Assembly (NCBI GenBank): GCA_029247685.1 | Contig: JAQWKT010000013.1 | Coordinates: 10,048-74,047, forward strand | DNA length: 64,000 bases | Direction: 5' to 3' | From: Crocinitomicaceae bacterium | Lineage (GTDB): Bacteria > Bacteroidota > Bacteroidia > Flavobacteriales_D > Crocinitomicaceae | The notes under the pieces: model-generated | What the model saw: the letters and a program-made list of their open reading frames with translations, nothing else | The model's database searches: none | What the model was told of the DNA's origin: nothing | In this document: positions 48,275 through 57,309 of the stretch, one piece after another | Layout: each line of letters starts with the position of its first letter | Numbering within the stretch: position 1 is the first letter of the stretch | Translations under genes and position numbers: made by a program

Positions 48275-49450
48275 ATGAGTAAAGCATATATTGTCAATGG
48301 GTTTAGGTCTGCAGTTGGTAAAGCAGCAAAAGGAGGTTTTCGTTTTCATCGTCCTGATGACATTGCAGCAGCAGTTATAAAGCATTTGGTAGATTCCGTC
48401 CCAAATTTAGAAAAGGAAAGGATAGACGATGTAATAGTTGGGAATGCTACCCCTGAAGCGGAGCAAGGCCTTAATATGGGGAGAATGATTTCTCTCATGG
48501 GGCTTAATACCGACAAGGTTCCAGGAATGACTGTTAATAGGTATTGTGCTTCTGGTTTGGAAACCATTGCAATTGCACAAGCAAAAATAGAAGCAGGAAT
48601 GGCCGATTGTATTATAGCTGGAGGAGCAGAGTCGATGTCTGTAATGGCAATGGGTGGATGGAGAATTGTGCCAAACTCAAAAGTTGGAAAAGAAAATCCA
48701 TCTTGGTATTGGGGCATGGGGTTAACAGCAGAAGCCGTAGCTAATCAGTATAATGTTTCTAGAGATGCTCAAGACGAGTTTTCTCTTAATTCTCATTTAA
48801 AGGCTCTTAATGCAATAAAAAATGAATCTTTTAAAGAACAAATAGTTCCGATTGAAGTGGAGCACGTTTTTTTAGATGCTACCGAAAAAAGGCAGGTAAA
48901 TAATTATGTGGTTGATACCGATGAAGGCCCACGAAAAAGTTCAAAAGAAGGTTTAGCCAAATTAAGGCCTGTTTTTGCAAATAAAGGGAGTGTTACTGCC
49001 GGAAATTCAAGTCAAACATCCGATGGAGCGGCATTTGTTCTGGTAATGTCAGAAAAAATGATGAAAGAGCTTAGCCTGGAGCCAATGGCGCGCCTTAAAT
49101 CTTATGCAGTAGCAGGTGTTGAACCCAGAATTATGGGAATAGGTCCAGTTGCAGCGATTCCAAAAGCATTGAAAAAAGCAGGATTAACTCAAGAGGATAT
49201 TAATTTAATAGAATTAAATGAGGCTTTTGCCTCTCAATCTTTAGCTGTTATAAAAGAAGCTAATATTAATCCAGAAATAACCAATGTAAATGGGGGAGCG
49301 ATTGCTCTTGGTCATCCACTAGGATGTACAGGCGCAAAACTATCTGTTCAGATAATGAATGAGCTTAAAAAAAGAAATCAAAAGTATGGAATGGTAACCA
49401 TGTGTGTGGGTACTGGTCAAGGAGCTGCAGGGATTATAGAGATGATGTAA
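48275..49450 (+). CDS. fadA: Acetyl-CoA C-acyltransferase (thiolase)
   Basis: VNRYCASG, ELNEAFA, GAIALGHPLG.TG, MCVGTGQG. Confidence 0.93.
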   Translation: MSKAYIVNGFRSAVGKAAKGGFRFHRPDDIAAAVIKHLVDSVPNLEKERIDDVIVGNATPEAEQGLNMGRMISLMGLNTDKVPGMTVNRYCASGLETIAIAQAKIEAGMADCIIAGGAESMSVMAMGGWRIVPNSKVGKENPSWYWGMGLTAEAVANQYNVSRDAQDEFSLNSHLKALNAIKNESFKEQIVPIEVEHVFLDATEKRQVNNYVVDTDEGPRKSSKEGLAKLRPVFANKGSVTAGNSSQTSDGAAFVLVMSEKMMKELSLEPMARLKSYAVAGVEPRIMGIGPVAAIPKALKKAGLTQEDINLIELNEAFASQSLAVIKEANINPEITNVNGGAIALGHPLGCTGAKLSVQIMNELKKRNQKYGMVTMCVGTGQGAAGIIEMM

Positions 49451-49465
49451 CAAGCTTGTATAAAC

Positions 49466-50242
49466 TCAAATATCTCTTTTGTTAAAGATTGTTTTTGTTA
49501 TAACAATAAATAAAATGATGTAAACAATAGAAATTAAAGCATTTTTCCATTCCATGTGATAAACAATGTTTGGAATTTCTAATTTATCTATTGTTTCAGA
49601 ATTATCTTTAAGTGGACTAAAAAGAAGATTGTCAAAAATCTCAAGAGGAAGAAATTTCTTTATTTCAAATTCCTTAAGTAAACTCCAATATAAAATAGGC
49701 TCAACGCATAAATAATAAAGAAGAAAAATACCTAATGATAACCCTGTTTTTTTTAAAAGAAAACAAATGAGTTGCACAAAAGTCAGGATTCCAAATAGAT
49801 ATAAAAAATAACCAAGAACAAAACTAAACTGTTCCCCAAAAAACTCGTTGTAGTGTCCTTTCGAAAAACCTAGAATTAGGCAAAGAAAGATAAGATAAAG
49901 AGTGAAAACAGTAGAGAGAATAAAAATGCTAATAAGTTTAGATAAAATAAATTCATTTTTGCTCATTCCGTCAATAATGTGTTGTCGGCTCGTTTTGTTA
50001 CTGAATTCACTGGAGGTATTTATTATTGAAATAATGGCTGGAAAAATAACAAGAAAACCAAGCATATAAGTTGCCGTTAACCAAATCATTGGAAACTGCA
50101 AAGTTTCTTTATCTATGTATGTTTTTACACCAGAAGATTTATAAACTAAAAAAACAGAAATTAAAGCATAAAGAAAGCCAATCACCAAGATGGCTCTGTT
50201 TTTTCTTAATTTGAGTAATTCTATTTGAAATAAACGCTTCAT
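49466..50242 (-). CDS. ABC-2 type transporter permease
   Basis: ELLKL start, EFSNKT.RQ.IIDG.S…SK, six TM helices, KRDI end. Confidence 0.88.
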   Translation of the reverse strand: MKRLFQIELLKLRKNRAILVIGFLYALISVFLVYKSSGVKTYIDKETLQFPMIWLTATYMLGFLVIFPAIISIINTSSEFSNKTSRQHIIDGMSKNEFILSKLISIFILSTVFTLYLIFLCLILGFSKGHYNEFFGEQFSFVLGYFLYLFGILTFVQLICFLLKKTGLSLGIFLLYYLCVEPILYWSLLKEFEIKKFLPLEIFDNLLFSPLKDNSETIDKLEIPNIVYHMEWKNALISIVYIILFIVITKTIFNKRDI

Positions 50243-51123
50243 TATTTTGTTTTTTCTAGGAAAAATTCTTCAAGATTTTTTTTTCGTGGAATAAAATGAT
50301 TAACAACTACACCTTGCTTTATTAAATATTTATTAAGCTCAATAGGCTTAGTGTTTTCAGAAAGTTTTATAACTAAAACAGCACCTTCTTTTTTGCAATT
50401 AAGTGTATCGGAAAATGAGAGGCAATCTTTTTCAAGAGAGTCCATGTTCTCTGAAGACAATTCCACCAAATTTTCTGAAACAACAAGCTCGCTAACACTG
50501 CCTTCAGTAATTTTTTTTCCCTTTTGTATCACACAAACATGAGAACAGACTTTTTCAACTTCATCAAGCGCATGACTTGCCAAAAGTATAGTAACTCCTT
50601 GTTTAGAAATACTTTTGATTAAGTTTCTTATTTCAACAATTCCTTTGGGGTCAAGTCCATTTGTGGGTTCGTCTAAAACTAGAACTTCTGGCTTTCCAAG
50701 AAGCGCGGCACCTATGGCAAGTCGTTGTTTCATGCCTAAAGAATAAGTTTTAAACTTATCAAAAATCCGATCGCTTAAGCCTACTAGTTCCGCAACTCGA
50801 TGAATATCATCTGTTGGCACTTGTTTAATTTTACAAGTTATGCTTAGATTATCCCAAGCATTTAAATTTGGATAAAAGTTAGGGGTTTCAAGAAGCGCAC
50901 CAATTTTTTTTCTATCAGAAGAAGCGTTTGTAGAGGAAAACCATGAATATTTCCCAGAGGTAGCGTTAGTTACGCCAAGTAAAATGCCAAGAGTAGTAGT
51001 TTTACCACTACCATTTGGTCCTAAAACGCCATAGACAACTCCTTTTTCAACTTCAATAGAAAGTCGATTTAAGGCAATTAAGTTAGAATATTTTTTAAAA
51101 AGGGAGTCTGTGTTTAAAATCAT
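50242..51123 (-). CDS. ABC transporter ATP-binding protein
   Basis: GPNGSGKTT, YSLGMKQRL, LDEPTNGLDP, SH. Confidence 0.95.
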   Translation of the reverse strand: MILNTDSLFKKYSNLIALNRLSIEVEKGVVYGVLGPNGSGKTTTLGILLGVTNATSGKYSWFSSTNASSDRKKIGALLETPNFYPNLNAWDNLSITCKIKQVPTDDIHRVAELVGLSDRIFDKFKTYSLGMKQRLAIGAALLGKPEVLVLDEPTNGLDPKGIVEIRNLIKSISKQGVTILLASHALDEVEKVCSHVCVIQKGKKITEGSVSELVVSENLVELSSENMDSLEKDCLSFSDTLNCKKEGAVLVIKLSENTKPIELNKYLIKQGVVVNHFIPRKKNLEEFFLEKTK

Positions 51124-51124
51124 T

Positions 51125-51493
51125 TTATTGAATAAAAACAGTTTCTTCATTCACCGCTTCTGCTTCAATTTTAATAATTCCTTGCCCAATCATCCCTTGG
51201 AACTCTGCTTTAATATCCAAAACAGCAACACCAGCTTGACCGAGTTGATAAAGGTCGTTATAATTAAAAGAGGCCATTCCCGAAACATTAGTTATTGCCG
51301 TGTCAAAAACTGCAACTTGCGAGGGGATACTAGCAGTATTAGTACCATAAAGAACAACTTGAGCATCTGCAACAGGTTGGTTTTGATCATCTAAAACATA
51401 GACATTAGCAATGGTGTCTCCCTTTTTTCTACATCCGGAAGAAAAACTAAATGCAAAAATAATAAGACCGAGAAATAAACAGATTTGTTTCAT
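51125..51493 (-). CDS. Small beta-rich lipoprotein (paralog 1)
   Basis: Lipobox SSG-C; V.V.D..N.PV..A.V.LY…TN.SG.A.F pattern. Confidence 0.75.
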   Translation of the reverse strand: MKQICLFLGLIIFAFSFSSGCRKKGDTIANVYVLDDQNQPVADAQVVLYGTNTASIPSQVAVFDTAITNVSGMASFNYNDLYQLGQAGVAVLDIKAEFQGMIGQGIIKIEAEAVNEETVFIQ

Positions 51494-51498
51494 TTTTT

Positions 51499-51888
51499 TT
51501 AATTTGGTAAATAAACGGTTTCAACGGATGTAGTGTGAACACGACACCTTGAGTACCCTGTGCTTTGTTTAGTATTATACTCTACTATGATATCAAAATA
51601 ACCTGTAGTGTTATCTTCTCCTGAAATAGCAAAATAATCGTCTAAATTAATCGTGGCAAAACCAGAGGAATTGGTAAATGCAGTATCGACATATTCTAAG
51701 GTAGGAGGATTGGACTGTTGGTCCCCAATGGCAATTACTCGAGCACCACTAATTAATTGGTTTGTAGCTGAACGAACAAAAACCTTTAAAATAGCAGGTT
51801 CCTTTTTTTCACATCCTAGCAGACTAAAAACAGTAACTCCTAAAATAAGTATAGGAATAAAATAATATTTTTTGTTTAAGAAATTCAT
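51499..51888 (-). CDS. Small beta-rich lipoprotein (paralog 2)
   Basis: Lipobox LLG-C; V.V....N....GA.V…TNSSGFA pattern. Confidence 0.75.
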   Translation of the reverse strand: MNFLNKKYYFIPILILGVTVFSLLGCEKKEPAILKVFVRSATNQLISGARVIAIGDQQSNPPTLEYVDTAFTNSSGFATINLDDYFAISGEDNTTGYFDIIVEYNTKQSTGYSRCRVHTTSVETVYLPN

Positions 51889-51985
51889 TAGTGTCAAAAT
51901 TACAATTTTCTTTTCTTTTTTTTAATAACTATATAAACTACATACGTAAGGATTAATAAAAGGATACCTTTTTTTAATTCTTATT

Positions 51986-52378
51986 TCATAAAAATAATAT
52001 TTTCTCATTGCTTTGTTCTTCAATAACCTCAATGTATTCTTGGATAAACAGGCCGTTTTTTTCTACGGAGACACAAAGTACTCCAAATCCAGTCTGCCCA
52101 AGGTTGTAAAATCCACTTAAGTCAAACATTGCATTTCCATTTGCATTTGTTTCTGCAGAAAGCTCAATAAGCGGAAGTGCTTGTGAGCTTGCATTGGGGG
52201 AGCTATAAAGACGCACAACAGCATTGTTTACAGGCGAGTTGTTGGCATCTTTTACCAAGATTAAAACGCTAGTTGGAGCCTCTTTATTGCATGAAAAAAG
52301 GCAGCACGATAAACAAATAATAAAGATGAAATTTCTTAAATGAAACTTTTGTTTCTGTTTATCAAACCGATAATTCAT
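51986..52378 (-). CDS. Small beta-rich lipoprotein (paralog 3)
   Basis: Lipobox LFS-C; VKDANNSPVNNAVVRLY…TNANGNAMF…LGQTG.GVL. Confidence 0.72.
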   Translation of the reverse strand: MNYRFDKQKQKFHLRNFIFIICLSCCLFSCNKEAPTSVLILVKDANNSPVNNAVVRLYSSPNASSQALPLIELSAETNANGNAMFDLSGFYNLGQTGFGVLCVSVEKNGLFIQEYIEVIEEQSNEKILFL

Positions 52379-52466
52379 ATTTTTGCAATGAAAAGTTATT
52401 TAGATAAGTAGAACAATAAACAAACTTTAAAAGTTACACCATAGCTTTTAAAAAAGAATTAATAAA

Positions 52467-53486
52467 ATGAATTTAAGTGAATTAAAACGCGAAATACAAA
52501 GTTTTAAAATTTCATCCAAAGAAGAACTGGAGTCTTTTAGAATTCATTTTCTAGGGTCAAAAGGCATAATCAAACAGAAATATGCCGAGTTAAAAACAGT
52601 GCCAAATCTCCAAAAAAAAGAATTTGGACAAGAAATTAATTTACTTAGAAAACTTGCTGAAGAGCGGCATGATTTATTAAAGCCTCAGCTTTCAAAAACA
52701 GCTTTCCCAAAAACAGAACAAATAGATCTTTCCATGCCAGGAAATCCAATTAACATTGGATCTCACCACCCCTTGTCTATTGTTAGAAAAGAGATAATAG
52801 AGCTATTCTCCACAATTGGATTTAATGTTTCAGAAGGACCGGAGATAGAGGATGATTGGCATAATTTTTCGGCGCTTAACTTTCCTAAAGAACATCCTGC
52901 TAGAGATATGCAGGACACTTTTTTTATAAATAAATCAGCCGATGAAATAGCGCTTAGGACCCATACAAGCTCTGTTCAAGTTAGAGTAATGGAAAACTCT
53001 TCGCCTCCCATTAGAACTATTTCCCCAGGAAGAGTTTATAGAAATGAGGCAATTTCAGCGAGGGCTCATTGTTTTTTCCATCAAGTAGAGGGATTATATA
53101 TTGATAAAGGAGTTTCTTTTGCAGATCTAAAACAAACCCTTCTTTACTTTGCTCAAGAATTATTTGGATCTAAAACTAAAATAAGACTTAGGCCTTCTTA
53201 CTTCCCCTTTACAGAGCCTAGTGCTGAGGTAGATATATCTTGTACTATTTGTTCTGCAAAAGGCTGTTCTGTTTGTAAATACACTGGTTGGCTAGAGATT
53301 TTAGGATGCGGAATGGTGGATCCGAATGTTTTAGATTCATGTGGAATAGATTCTAATGTTTTTTCAGGGTTTGCTTTTGGCATGGGAATAGAAAGAATCG
53401 CCCAATTAAAATATAAAGTAAGTGATTTGCGGTTCTATTCCGAAAATGACATTCGTTTTTTAGACCAGTTTAAATCGGCTTTATAA
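52467..53486 (+). CDS. pheS: Phenylalanine--tRNA ligase alpha subunit
   Basis: HPARDMQDTF, LRTHTS, FHQVEG, RPSYFPFTEPS, GFAFGMGIER. Confidence 0.98.
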   Translation: MNLSELKREIQSFKISSKEELESFRIHFLGSKGIIKQKYAELKTVPNLQKKEFGQEINLLRKLAEERHDLLKPQLSKTAFPKTEQIDLSMPGNPINIGSHHPLSIVRKEIIELFSTIGFNVSEGPEIEDDWHNFSALNFPKEHPARDMQDTFFINKSADEIALRTHTSSVQVRVMENSSPPIRTISPGRVYRNEAISARAHCFFHQVEGLYIDKGVSFADLKQTLLYFAQELFGSKTKIRLRPSYFPFTEPSAEVDISCTICSAKGCSVCKYTGWLEILGCGMVDPNVLDSCGIDSNVFSGFAFGMGIERIAQLKYKVSDLRFYSENDIRFLDQFKSAL

Positions 53487-53487
53487 A

Positions 53488-53856
53488 ATGAAAAAAGCGC
53501 CTTTTACTGAAAATTGGGTTTCAATTACAACAATGAAAGAGCTTGATGTCGTTTTTCAAAAAGCAAACCAAACTCCAGTGGTTTTTTTTAAACATAGCCC
53601 AAGGTGTAGTATATCTAATATGGCTTTGTTTAGACTTGATAAAAAAGAATTGTTTAAAACGATTACGTTGGTATATTATATAGATGTCATTTTAAATAGA
53701 GAGATTTCTAATGCGATTACTGAAAGAACCAATATATTTCATGAATCTCCTCAAGCGATTATTCTTTTTAAAGAAGAGGTTGTTTATGCCGAGTCCCATA
53801 CTAATATTAGGCTAGATCAAATAGTATCAGAAATAAAATCATTGAAAAAAGTATAG
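53488..53856 (+). CDS. ytxJ: YtxJ/DUF2847 thioredoxin-like protein
   Basis: FKHSPRCSIS, R.ISN.I, HESPQ, SH. Confidence 0.88.
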   Translation: MKKAPFTENWVSITTMKELDVVFQKANQTPVVFFKHSPRCSISNMALFRLDKKELFKTITLVYYIDVILNREISNAITERTNIFHESPQAIILFKEEVVYAESHTNIRLDQIVSEIKSLKKV

Positions 53857-53863
53857 TTTAAAA

Positions 53864-54916
53864 ATGATGAGAAAAAGTTTTTTATTGATTTTCGTGTTTT
53901 TTGCATTTTTTTCGTGTGATTCGGATGAAAAGATAGAAGAAGAAAGCCCGGTTTCTTTTTCTTTTAACAATAATATTGTGTTAAAAAAAAATCAAAAAAA
54001 AGAAATTAAAATACTTGTTAAATCAACGAAAATAAAAACCCTAGAGTTGTTATATAATGACAAGCTGCTTAATAAATGGGATTCCCCATCAAAAACGATT
54101 AATTATATTATTGAATCAGACCAAATGGCTTTAGGAACAAGGTATTTTTCACTTAGAGCAACAATGCAATCAGGAGAAATTTACGATGACAAAAGAGCAA
54201 TAACAATTTATAATTCCTTTCCCCCAATTTTAAAAAAACTGAAGGTTATTGAGGAATATCCTCATAATGATTCAAATTATACACAGGGCTTGGAGTTTTA
54301 TAAAGATGAGCTGTATGAAAGCACTGGAGATCCAGGCTCACAAGGAAAAAGCATGGTTGCTAAAATAAATTTATTAACTGGAGAAACCCTAGACAAAGCC
54401 ATGTTGGGGAGGCCTTATTTTGGAGAAGGAATAACGGCATTAAATGATACTATTTACCAGTTGACATGGAAAAGTCAAGAATGTAAAATGTATGATGCCA
54501 ATGCTCTTTCTCTTTTAAAAACATTAACGTATTCAGGAGAAGGTTGGGGAATATGTAATAATGGTAAAGAGATAATAACTTCTGACGGGACACATAAACT
54601 GTTTTTTAGAAACCCTCAAACTTTTGCAATAATTAAAACAATTGAGGTTCACACAGACAAAAGCCCTATAGGATATTTGAATGAGCTCGAATACATCAAC
54701 GGAGAAATATATGCTAATGTATATATGCAAGATGTAATTGTTGTTATAGATCCTTTAACTGGTGGCGTGAAGAAAGTATTAGATGCTAGTCAAATTGTAG
54801 AAAAAGGAAAAGGAAATGGAGAAGTCTTGAATGGGATAGCATTTAACAAGAAAACACAAAAGCTATATGTAACGGGTAAATTTTGGGCAAAAACTTTTGA
54901 AGTTAAAATCAATTAA
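53864..54916 (+). CDS. Glutaminyl-peptide cyclotransferase (lipoprotein)
   Basis: Lipobox; YPH…YTQGLEF, ESTG, FGEGIT, QLTW, EGWG, LNELE, VLNGIA, TGK.W. Confidence 0.95.
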   Translation: MMRKSFLLIFVFFAFFSCDSDEKIEEESPVSFSFNNNIVLKKNQKKEIKILVKSTKIKTLELLYNDKLLNKWDSPSKTINYIIESDQMALGTRYFSLRATMQSGEIYDDKRAITIYNSFPPILKKLKVIEEYPHNDSNYTQGLEFYKDELYESTGDPGSQGKSMVAKINLLTGETLDKAMLGRPYFGEGITALNDTIYQLTWKSQECKMYDANALSLLKTLTYSGEGWGICNNGKEIITSDGTHKLFFRNPQTFAIIKTIEVHTDKSPIGYLNELEYINGEIYANVYMQDVIVVIDPLTGGVKKVLDASQIVEKGKGNGEVLNGIAFNKKTQKLYVTGKFWAKTFEVKIN

Positions 54917-57195
54917 TTTGCATTTAAAAGATGCAGAAAACCATGCCCTTCCACCTCTTTGCCAGAAATGCCAACCCCTTTATACTTATAGAAGTAGATC
55001 CCTTCTTCTGCTTCTGATCAATTATTTTGATTTTTCCCATTCCATGCCGGTTCATCATTAATAAGGTCAGTGCTATTTTTTTCATAGACAACATTTCCCC
55101 ACCGGTTTAGAATGGTCAATTCTAAAGAGATCAAATTTTCCCAGCTTAATGTATAAGCATCATTGGAGTTGTCTCCATTAGGGGTAAAAACATTAGGGGC
55201 TTTAATAATTGGTTCTGGTTGTATGCAAGAGCCATCATCAAAACTAGCATTTGGATCAAAGTTAAGGGCTCCAGGATCTGTGCAACCACATATTTCAACA
55301 TCAATTGGAATAAGAAGTGTGTCAGGGCAATTCCCATTTTGAGAAGCAATTACTTGCACATTAAAAATCGTCGCATTTGGACTAGTAAAAAGATGTGTAA
55401 TAGCACTTGTGTCTTGACTGTTTTGTGTGTTTCCGTCATTAAAATCCCATTCAAAAGTAGTAGCATTAGAACTGGAGTTAACAAAAACGACATCTAGTGG
55501 AGAACAGCCATTGTTGGGAATTGCTAAAACGGATGCTTGTGGAGAATCAAGTAGGTCTATAAAAGCACTGTCACTTTCAGAACAAATATCATCTTCTATT
55601 GTAAAATAATACCATCCTGATGAAAGGTTTTGCCATACAGATGCATTAATAAAACTGGAACTATTTGCTCCTGGACCCGACCAAGTATACAATGGTGCTC
55701 CACTTACTCCAGAAACAAAAGCAGAAACAGCTCCAGAAGGCACGCATGAGGAAGGAATTGATGAAATGGAGTCTACATTTAGGATTTGATTCATGGTTAT
55801 TGTAACCGTGTCTAGTTGAGAAAAACCGCAAAAATCGGTTGCTGTAACAAAATAATCAACAGTCCCGTTTTGATTAATGGACCCAAAAATACTATCTCCA
55901 ACTTCTCCCGTGTTCCAAACATAAGTATATGGTGAAAACCCACCACTAGCAGAGGCATATAATAAAACACTGTCAGAGGCGCATAAGACCAAGGTGTCAT
56001 TTTCTAGAACATTAATAATTGGCCCGTCTCCAATCCATATTGTTCCTTGGGAAATAATGGTGTCTCCACAAGGGTTAATAATTTCGACAGAAATTATTAA
56101 TGATTCAAACCCTTCATTTAAACCATCTAAAATAGGGTGCAATGTTATGTTAACAGAATCATTTCCTGGTAAAAAAACAATAGGGTTAACTATAGAGTCA
56201 TAATCTAATGAATCGGCAGTTCCTGTAATGGTATAATTGATGATTAAAGTGTCATTAAGTTGTGTTTGAGGTCGAGTAAAAATAAAATTTGCATCCGTAC
56301 ACCCTTCAATAATTGTTGTGTCTCCAGATACAGTGGCAACTGAAACAGCAACAGCATCAGAGCTAAAACTACCAGCTTCTAAAAACACTCCAGAATCATA
56401 TGATTGATCAACTACATTAGAAATAGCGAATTTTATGTGATAGGTTTGGTTGCATTGTACAGCCGCAGAAGCTTCCATTATTGTGGTAGTTCCATCATAT
56501 TGAATAGCATCTCCAAATGCAAGCCCATTGGTGTTATCCACATAAAATTGAGGAAATTGTGTTGCTCCAGGCCCTAAATTGTTTATGGTTATAGGGATAT
56601 TGGTTCCTGGGATATAAGCGATATTTTCTCCGCCATTTGGGTAGCCAGCTAGAACATGTGGTCCAGCTATCCCAGGTCCCCAAAGAAATAATCCAAAGGC
56701 ATCATTAAATGACGAAGGAGAAAACTCGGGGTATTCATCGGATCCAAAAATATATCTAAAAACGACCGAATCCCCAGCGGGAACAAAATCAAACTCTAAA
56801 ATAACGCCATTTGTTACTGTTGCATTTGCGATGGCAGACAAATGAGGGTCAATGGAAACATTTGCTGTTGGCGGAATGTTGTTTGTAGATGAGGGAGAGT
56901 TGTTAGGCCCAATAGCTCCAACACCATTTCCAGTTGATAAAAGAAGACCTGTTGGTAATGGAAAAGAGGGGTTTGTATTTGTAAACAAAGTTATATTTCC
57001 CATTGGGGTGTTAGCTAAAGCAGGGTTTCCATTAACTTTAATGTTGGTTGCGACAACTCCCATTCCTAAAAGGACATTGTCCACTAGTTGTTGTGGTGTT
57101 TGCGCCGCATTAACAGTGATGGATTGTGCTTTTATATTTTGATTAATAAGAATCAAAAAACAAATGAATAGAGAATAAAAAGAGTTTATTTTCAT
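54913..57195 (-). pseudogene. T9SS cargo protein (choice-of-anchor L-like, Calx-beta-like and PKD domains, type B gliding-motility C-terminal domain) interrupted by an in-frame TGA at 55018-55020
   Basis: Signal peptide; LEFDFVP…YIFGSDEYPE..…FND.F…YDSGVFLE; WDFNDG PKD; PNVFTPNGD..ND…NRWG…WNGKNQNN-TGA-SEAEEGIYFY…GHGFLHL to TAA at 54913. Confidence 0.85.
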
Positions 57196-57217
57196 GGTAA
57201 GTGGTATGTAACAATTG

Positions 57218-57289
57218 CAAATATAGACTACTTGTTAATAAAATAGGTTGCTTTTGGTTTTTTAAAACAGTTGTAGTTGAGTACTTTTG
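57218..57289. promoter_or_regulatory. Divergent -7 elements TATATTTG (-, 57218-57225) and TACTTTTG (+, 57282-57289)
   Basis: TAnnTTTG matches about 20 nt before each flanking ATG. Confidence 0.5.
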
Positions 57290-57309
57290 ACACGGTTTAA
57301 TTTAAAAAA

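Noticed and set aside
52467..53486. pheS without adjacent pheT
   Set aside because: Separation of pheS and pheT is usual in Bacteroidota.
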